Assembly (NCBI GenBank): GCA_963662275.1
Contig: OY759316.1
Span: 992,001 to 1,056,000, forward strand
Direction of reading: 5' to 3'
DNA length: 64,000 bases
Source: Candidatus Cloacimonadales bacterium
GTDB taxonomy: Bacteria; Cloacimonadota; Cloacimonadia; Cloacimonadales; DAONDQ01
Part shown: positions 57,906 through 64,000 of the stretch, piece after piece
Layout of the letters: each line of letters opens with the position of its first letter
How positions within the stretch are numbered: the first letter of the stretch is position 1
Translations under genes and position numbers: made by a program
Notes under the pieces: model-generated
What the model saw: only the letters and a program-made list of their open reading frames with translations
Told to the model about the DNA's origin: nothing
The model's database searches: none

Positions 57906-59909
57906 ATGAAATTTAAAAAACATATATTCTTGGAGGTAACTCTGAAATATCCGATATTACTTCTTTTCATTCTGTTATCCCTAAACTGCTTTGCCCTTGG
58001 TACATTGAAAGTTGAGAGTGTAAAGGCTCTTCCCGAGAACGAACTGCAATTAGACAAATATGATGCTGACGGTAAGCTAGCACCGCTGCTGATGATAAAA
58101 ACAAACCTGGAAAGCATCCAGTTTCAGAATGTGAGCCGTCCCACGAAGCATGCCCCGATCTATGACAAAATGCATGGATACTGGAAATGCTATCTGAATG
58201 TATCACAGCGATCATTGGAAATAGGGGCTCCAGGCTATGAAACTGTCCAAGTCAATCTGCTTAACGACTATCGTATCGATGCGAAGGAAAAGCGATGCTA
58301 TGAACTTGTTCTGTCGAATTTCCCCGAGCATGAAAAGATACCTTTTGCCATCATTAGCGACCCGGCAGATGCAGAGAAATGGGTGGATGGAGAGAAACTG
58401 GGAAGCAGCCAGAATCAACAGATTGCCATTGGAGAGCACCAGTTGGAATTGAGGAAAGATGGATACAAGACCTTGAAAGCCGTTTTGCAAGTGAGTAAGG
58501 ATAATGTGGCAGCGCAATACAAATTAGAACAAGCCGAACCGGTGAAAATCACCATCAAGAGTATTCCGTCAGAAGCACAGATATTCATCGATAATATCCC
58601 TGAAGGAACTACGAATAAGCAGCCTTATAAATATCCGGGAGTCTATCATCTGCGTCTGATCAAAGGCGGTTATGACACAGTGGAAGATACGATTACAGTC
58701 ACTGAAACAGGTCTGAATACATTTAGCTATAACCTTGTCAAAGTTTCAGTGACATTGAACCTAACAGTAATACCTTCCGATGCTATCGTGAATATAGATA
58801 ATCAGCCTTATAATAACACTTCCCTCGATCTTGCACCAGGTACGCATAAACTGGAAGTTGGTAAACCAGGTTACGACACGGAAACGAGACAGATAACTTT
58901 GGAAAAGGGAAAAGACATAAGTTTGAATATCAGCCTAATTCAGCAAATGGGCAAGCTCATGTTTACCGTGGAACCGATGGAGGCTTCTGTCAGCTTGAAT
59001 ACAGGGCAGAAATGGGACGGCTCCAACCACATAGACCTGCCTGTAGGCACTTACACTGTTACTGCCATTCTCAATGGATACATGAAGAAAGAGACGAGTT
59101 TTACAGTTGAAAAAGGGAAAGATACAAAGATTGATCTGAGAATGGTTAGAGGGTCTTCTAGCAATGTAAAAAGCAATGCAAATGCTGATAGAGAGATGGT
59201 TTATGTAGTAGGTGGAACTTTCACAATGGGTGACACAGCCGGTGGTGAAGAGGATGATGAAATACCTATACACCAGGTTACGCTTTCTTCCTTTTCTATT
59301 GGTAAATACGAAGTAACGCAGAAACAGTGGAAAGAAGTAATGGGCGATAACCCATCCAATTTCAAAAGTGATAATTTGCCAGTGGAACAAGTATCCTGGA
59401 ATGACTGTGTGGAATTCTGTAACAAGCTGAGTCAAAAAGAAGGCTTAACACCCAGTTACAATGGAAACGGAGCAGATATTTCCTGCGAATGGAATGCTAA
59501 CGGCTACAGATTACCCACGGAAGCAGAATGGGAATATGCAGCCAAGGGTGGTAACCAGAGCGGTAGTTATAACTATTCTGGAAGTGACGATCTTGGAAGT
59601 GTTGCTTGGTTTGCTGATAATGCCTCAAGCACAACCCACCAGGTTGGTCAGAAACAGGCAAACGAACTTGGCTTATACGACATGAGCGGAAATGTGTGGG
59701 AATGGTGTTGGGATTGGTATGATGAAAGCTACTACAACAAGAACCATGCATCCAACCCTCGAGGAGCAGATATGGGCTCGTACAGAGTCTTACGGGGCGG
59801 GTCTTGGGGCTTCAGTGTCAACCTCTGCCGTATTTCCTACCGCAGCGGCAGCGGTCCAGACGGTAGGTTCAGCTACAACGGCTTTCGTCTTGTTCGGAAT
59901 CCTCAATGA
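57906..59909 (+). CDS. PEGA-repeat + FGE-sulfatase (C-type lectin fold) protein; candidate DGR target
   Basis: PEGA repeats; GGTFTMG, YEVTQ, PVEQVSW, RLPTEAEWEYAA, DMSGNVWEW, RVLRGGSW...GFRL. Confidence 0.9.
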   Translation: MKFKKHIFLEVTLKYPILLLFILLSLNCFALGTLKVESVKALPENELQLDKYDADGKLAPLLMIKTNLESIQFQNVSRPTKHAPIYDKMHGYWKCYLNVSQRSLEIGAPGYETVQVNLLNDYRIDAKEKRCYELVLSNFPEHEKIPFAIISDPADAEKWVDGEKLGSSQNQQIAIGEHQLELRKDGYKTLKAVLQVSKDNVAAQYKLEQAEPVKITIKSIPSEAQIFIDNIPEGTTNKQPYKYPGVYHLRLIKGGYDTVEDTITVTETGLNTFSYNLVKVSVTLNLTVIPSDAIVNIDNQPYNNTSLDLAPGTHKLEVGKPGYDTETRQITLEKGKDISLNISLIQQMGKLMFTVEPMEASVSLNTGQKWDGSNHIDLPVGTYTVTAILNGYMKKETSFTVEKGKDTKIDLRMVRGSSSNVKSNANADREMVYVVGGTFTMGDTAGGEEDDEIPIHQVTLSSFSIGKYEVTQKQWKEVMGDNPSNFKSDNLPVEQVSWNDCVEFCNKLSQKEGLTPSYNGNGADISCEWNANGYRLPTEAEWEYAAKGGNQSGSYNYSGSDDLGSVAWFADNASSTTHQVGQKQANELGLYDMSGNVWEWCWDWYDESYYNKNHASNPRGADMGSYRVLRGGSWGFSVNLCRISYRSGSGPDGRFSYNGFRLVRNPQ

Positions 59910-60364
59910 TTTTCCATTTCTTTTACTCTATTCCCCTTTTTAGCCGGAACGCTGTTTTCAAACGGCTATGCAGTTTCAACTGGCAAAATGCAAGAAATAG
60001 CTTAATAGATTAAGCGTTCCAATCAAAGCAGGTTACCCCTATCGAGGATAAAAGGTCGAGATGAAGTCCACATTTCCTTGTAGTTGAGTATTCGTAAAAG
60101 ATTCGAAGGAAATATGAACTCCATACTCTTGGCTTTCATGTAAAGTCCGCATGCCCTTTTGGTCAGGTATTATTGGTAATTAGGCTAGGGCATTTTGACT
60201 CCAGAAGCTTAGCTGCATTTGATTCAATCCGTAGGATGCCATTCCGTTAGCCCAGTAAGTCCTTCCTGGGTTTGCGATATAATGTAGATTCCACCTGAAA
60301 TTTGTACGTAAGAGTCTGGAAGACGGCACTTACCGATAACAATGCTATTAAATGTTTTTTATTA

Positions 60365-61543
60365 TTAAGACTCACTTAAGAAATCGTGAAGGTTCTCTTT
60401 CGAGATAACCTTCTGGATTGTAACCGGATAGGCAGTAGAAAAAGTCTTTGGAATGGCAACTTTACTACGTTGCTTTAATTTAAACTTATAAGCGGCATAG
60501 ATTCCACTGTATTCTTCGATTAGATCAATCTCTTGCTGCATCGTTGTTCTCCAGAAGTAGAAATTGCGATACAACTGCATATTCCTGATGTATTTAATTC
60601 TCTCCGTGATAATAAAATTTTCCCATAGATCTCCCGCATCAGAGCGAGAATCAAGAGGATTGAAATTCCCCAGAATTGTGTTCAGGATTCCATTATCCCA
60701 AAAGTAAAATTTCTTTCCCTTTTTAATTTCGTTGCGGACGTTGCGATGTAAAGCGGGCAATTTATAGATGATGTATGCCTTTTCTAACAAATCAATGTAC
60801 TTTTCCACGGTAGATTTATCAGCACCTACCAGTTGAGCTAGTTCATTATAACTTACTTCATTGCTAACCTGATAAGCCAAAGCTTTCACCAGATTTTCCA
60901 GTAGAACTGGTCTGCTTATCTGCTCCAAAGCATAGATATCCTTGAACAGGTAACTGTTAGTTAATCCTCTAAGCAGCTTTTCTTCGCTTCCCTGCATTGT
61001 AACAATTTCCGGATAGTAACCATAAATCATCCGTTGCGGAGTCATCTGTTGTTCTTCAATAAAATTACTATGTTGCACCATTTCAGAATATGATAGAGGA
61101 AATAACGTATATTCAAACTTACGCCCGGTTAAGGGTTCATTGATTTTGTTTGCCAAATCAAACGAAGATGAGCCTGTAGCTATTACTTGTGTTGTTTTGA
61201 TCTGATCTACAATTATCTTCAAAGTCAACCCGATGTTCTCAATTCTTTGGGCTTCATCGATTACGACTATCTTGTAATCCGCAATAATGTTCTTTAACTG
61301 AGCAGTAGAAGGATTAGTTAGTTGATTGCGAACGAAAATATCATCTGCATTTAAATATAGGGTGCGCCTATGTTTGTGCTTATCAAGCAACATATTGACT
61401 AATGTGGTTTTACCTGATTGCCTGGGTCCCATGATAACAAGCGCTTTACCTTTGAAAATATCTGCTTCCAAATGCTGTAACAAAGTTCTAACTATCATAC
61501 CCATAACGATTAAACTCCATAAACTACATTTTAGTGATTTCAT
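60365..61543 (-). CDS. AAA_14 ATPase with DUF4143 C-terminal domain
   Basis: GPRQSGKTT, IDEAQ, TGSS, EPLTGRK, EIDLI; true start probably near 61495-61501. Confidence 0.88.
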   Translation of the reverse strand: MKSLKCSLWSLIVMGMIVRTLLQHLEADIFKGKALVIMGPRQSGKTTLVNMLLDKHKHRRTLYLNADDIFVRNQLTNPSTAQLKNIIADYKIVVIDEAQRIENIGLTLKIIVDQIKTTQVIATGSSSFDLANKINEPLTGRKFEYTLFPLSYSEMVQHSNFIEEQQMTPQRMIYGYYPEIVTMQGSEEKLLRGLTNSYLFKDIYALEQISRPVLLENLVKALAYQVSNEVSYNELAQLVGADKSTVEKYIDLLEKAYIIYKLPALHRNVRNEIKKGKKFYFWDNGILNTILGNFNPLDSRSDAGDLWENFIITERIKYIRNMQLYRNFYFWRTTMQQEIDLIEEYSGIYAAYKFKLKQRSKVAIPKTFSTAYPVTIQKVISKENLHDFLSES

Positions 61544-61746
61544 TCACTTTTTATTATACAATTTAGTGAATGCAATCACAAAATTACAGTGTTTAGTTTA
61601 CTTTCTGCTGTCAAGCAAATTCCAAAAGCTTAGGTTTTATGAGTTCTATTTCCCGTGCGATTTCAAATGAACACATGCCAAGTAGAGACTTACAATCTGC
61701 GCGTTTCTACATCTTCTGAAACTTCAAAACCAGAATATGAGAGGAA

Positions 61747-61770
61747 GGGCGTATTGCCATACGCCCCTAC
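61747..61770 (-). repeat. Single GTAG-type REP
   Basis: Reverse complement GTAGGGGCGTATGGCAATACGCCC. Confidence 0.7.
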
Positions 61771-61817
61771 TCTGCTAATTTGCACTTCGTACTTCGAACT
61801 TCGAACTTCGCACTTCC

Positions 61818-63026
61818 CTAGAGTTGGTATATTCCTGCGTTCTGGATGACATGATCGAATTGTTCTTCGTCTTCTTCATGTTCTTCGGAAGAAATGTCAC
61901 CTTCATTCTGGCGGAGCTTGCTTTGCAGGATACTGCAAATGTCGGGCGAAGCTTGGATTTCACCGTAGTTATCCAGGATACCTATCTTCAGGGTTATTTG
62001 CTCCAATGCTGCATCGGCTGCAAATTCCAAATCACCGAGATTCACTAGGACAGTGTTATCTTTCAAAGCAGCTAATCTGACATTTGTCATATTCTGTTCG
62101 CCGGTAATTACAACAAACATATCCTGATCATAAGGTATTCCTTTGCTGGTTGAACTGATCAGCTTTGCCATCTGCATCATCAAAGCCTTTGGAAAATAAG
62201 TAACTCCATTACTTTCGAAATGCACGTTCTTTTCCTTGAGTATCTCAGGCGTGATATCCGGTTGAATGAACAAATGTCCTGCTGCTGAGATGATCGGTTT
62301 GTCTATGGTCATCAAAGTAAAAGCATCCAGCTTTCCATCCCCATTCAGATAATGTGTATCTTTGGATATGATTTTGATCTTCGCTTCGGAGCTATCTGTC
62401 AGCTTTCCGTGGATTAAATCTTTCTGCTCTTTATCACCAATAATCACTCCCACAACACATAAGGAAAGAATCTTTCTCTCATAGAGGCTTGGATCAATGT
62501 CTTCAGCAAAGATCAATTTTCCTACGACAGATAAGGGAGTTTGATCGTTCAGTTTTTCAAGGAACTGGTTCGTCAGTTCTACTTTTCCCGTCATCGATTT
62601 TTCTCCTTTCACAGAGGACGAAATTTGCCCGATAACCTGTTTAGCAGTAGCCATCAGCACAGCATGGAGCACTTCAGTTATTTTGATATTACCAATCGCT
62701 ACAAGACCGGTGATTTTTTCTTGTATCAATTCTGGAGTAATGTCATCTGCGAAAGAGATATTTCCCACCAAACACAACTTCATGGGTGGTTTGGCTGCTT
62801 CGAGCATTCCCCTCGTGATATGAATATTACCCGTTTGCAGGGCGTAATCATCATCCAACTCCAAAGAACTTCCCACATTTTCCATACTGACTTTTTGGAA
62901 GAGATCCTTGTTGTCAGGATTGAATATCAGAGTACCAATATTGCGTATCTTTGTAATTTCCGCTACCTTCTCTCGTGTAGCTTTCCGGGCATCCAACATA
63001 CCCACGTTTTGAATCAGGGTAGACAT
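61818..63026 (-). CDS. Hypothetical protein co-transcribed with ECF sigma factor
   Basis: 402-aa ORF with AGGAGG RBS overlapping the sigma gene; internal repeats. Confidence 0.75.
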   Translation of the reverse strand: MSTLIQNVGMLDARKATREKVAEITKIRNIGTLIFNPDNKDLFQKVSMENVGSSLELDDDYALQTGNIHITRGMLEAAKPPMKLCLVGNISFADDITPELIQEKITGLVAIGNIKITEVLHAVLMATAKQVIGQISSSVKGEKSMTGKVELTNQFLEKLNDQTPLSVVGKLIFAEDIDPSLYERKILSLCVVGVIIGDKEQKDLIHGKLTDSSEAKIKIISKDTHYLNGDGKLDAFTLMTIDKPIISAAGHLFIQPDITPEILKEKNVHFESNGVTYFPKALMMQMAKLISSTSKGIPYDQDMFVVITGEQNMTNVRLAALKDNTVLVNLGDLEFAADAALEQITLKIGILDNYGEIQASPDICSILQSKLRQNEGDISSEEHEEDEEQFDHVIQNAGIYQL

Positions 63027-63505
63027 GATTCCTCCTTCTCTAGAATCGGTTTAATGATTTTTCTTAATGTGTCCAAAGCCTCTTTCAATCGCCAGCGTAT
63101 GGTACCTTGCGGCAAACCCATTTCCCGTGCGATTTCACGGCTGTTATAACCAAGCCAGTATCGTCGATAGACGATCTCTTTGTCGAGAGGTGGAAGATGA
63201 TCGAGATGTCTTTCCAGCAGGAATCCAGGTTCAGAAACCATTGTCCTACACGCAGGCTGGTGATACTTTAGCTGCTCTAACTTCTGATGTCTTCTGATAT
63301 CCAGGAATCGATTCTTCAATACGGAAAACAGCCAGCTTCGCTGTTTCTGAAACGTCATTCCCTCCAACATCATCAGGTAGGGTGTGCTTTTCAGCCAGGT
63401 TTCCTGCACCAGGTCTTCAGCCAAATCCTCTGTCCTCGCCAATGTCTTGGCATAGTTAAATAATGATTGGCTGTGATCGGTAATCAACTTCTCGAAAGTA
63501 TTCAT
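63014..63505 (-). CDS. ECF RNA polymerase sigma factor
   Basis: AEDLVQETW, WLFSVLKN..LD..R, EIAREMGLPQGTIRWRL. Confidence 0.92.
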   Translation of the reverse strand: MNTFEKLITDHSQSLFNYAKTLARTEDLAEDLVQETWLKSTPYLMMLEGMTFQKQRSWLFSVLKNRFLDIRRHQKLEQLKYHQPACRTMVSEPGFLLERHLDHLPPLDKEIVYRRYWLGYNSREIAREMGLPQGTIRWRLKEALDTLRKIIKPILEKEESCLP

Positions 63506-63921
63506 CCACTCTCCACACGATTTACATCATAACAAACGATTTAAGAGAGAAAAGTGTTGGAAGAATTTTGTGAATCATACAAATGAGTCTTAAAACCATC
63601 ATACATCTCCTGTATACAACTAACGTATAATGAATGAATATGGTTAGAAATTTCCTGATAAACTGTGAAACTTGATTTGCATTAAAGAAGAAAATGATCC
63701 AGTGTCAAGGTGGAAGTAATGCGAAGTGGTCAGTATCCCCTTAATTTATACCAGTTTCAATCCTGTTTCATTCCTGTTTCATTCCTGTTTGATTCCTGTT
63801 TCGTTAAACAGGATTGAGCTTAGTATGTTATTGATATGAACTTAGGATTGGATTGGATTGAGCTTGGTATAACGTAAGAGAAGATTAAGTGATTTGAGGA
63901 GATTCTAGGGGGATGATAAAG

Positions 63922-63997
63922 TGGTGGGTGCAGAGGGACTTGAACCCCCGACATCTTGCTTGTAAGGCAAGCGCTCTCCCAACTGAGCTATGCACCC
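63922..63997 (-). tRNA. tRNA-Val(TAC)
   Basis: Reverse complement GGGTGCATAGCTCAGTTGGGAGAGCGCTTGCCTTACAAGCAAGATGTCGGGGGTTCAAGTCCCTCTGCACCCACCA. Confidence 0.97.
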
Positions 63998-64000
63998 ACT

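Noticed and set aside
57906..60364. Complete DGR cassette
   Set aside because: No reverse transcriptase, Avd or AAC-rich template repeat seen in the window.

Overview
A 64-kb chromosomal window from a low-GC anaerobic diderm bacterium. A secreted protein with a FlgD/T9SS-type C-terminal domain, hydG and a PEPCK-like gene suggest Candidatus Cloacimonadota or a relative (inference only). Core content: folC, ABC permeases, kdpFABC with an atypical KdpD-Usp-EIIA protein and a sigma-54 two-component system, PEPCK, a DUF2723 glycosyltransferase, TM1266-hydG, RNase II/R, an Aas-like ligase, ornithine carbamoyltransferase, an ECF sigma factor, tRNA-Gly(CCC) and tRNA-Val(TAC). Accessory content: an integrase-less AbiE toxin-antitoxin mini-island stacked at tRNA-Gly, an IS1182-family and an IS21-family element, and a methyltransferase/defence-like cluster. 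The most striking non-coding signal is a large set of REP-like palindromes. A RAYT-type HUH nuclease sits between 104-bp direct repeats and is followed by 16 x 95-bp REP doublets. A second array of about 22 x 55-bp REP doublets lies in the kdp regulatory locus. REPs have also inserted in frame into a protein gene, and a covarying stem element occurs three times. The PEGA/FGE-sulfatase gene ends in what looks like a DGR variable region, with no template or reverse transcriptase in the window. Two candidate attenuator leaders precede TM1266-hydG and an ABC binding-protein gene. No CRISPR array was found. All protein calls are from motif recognition, not database searches.
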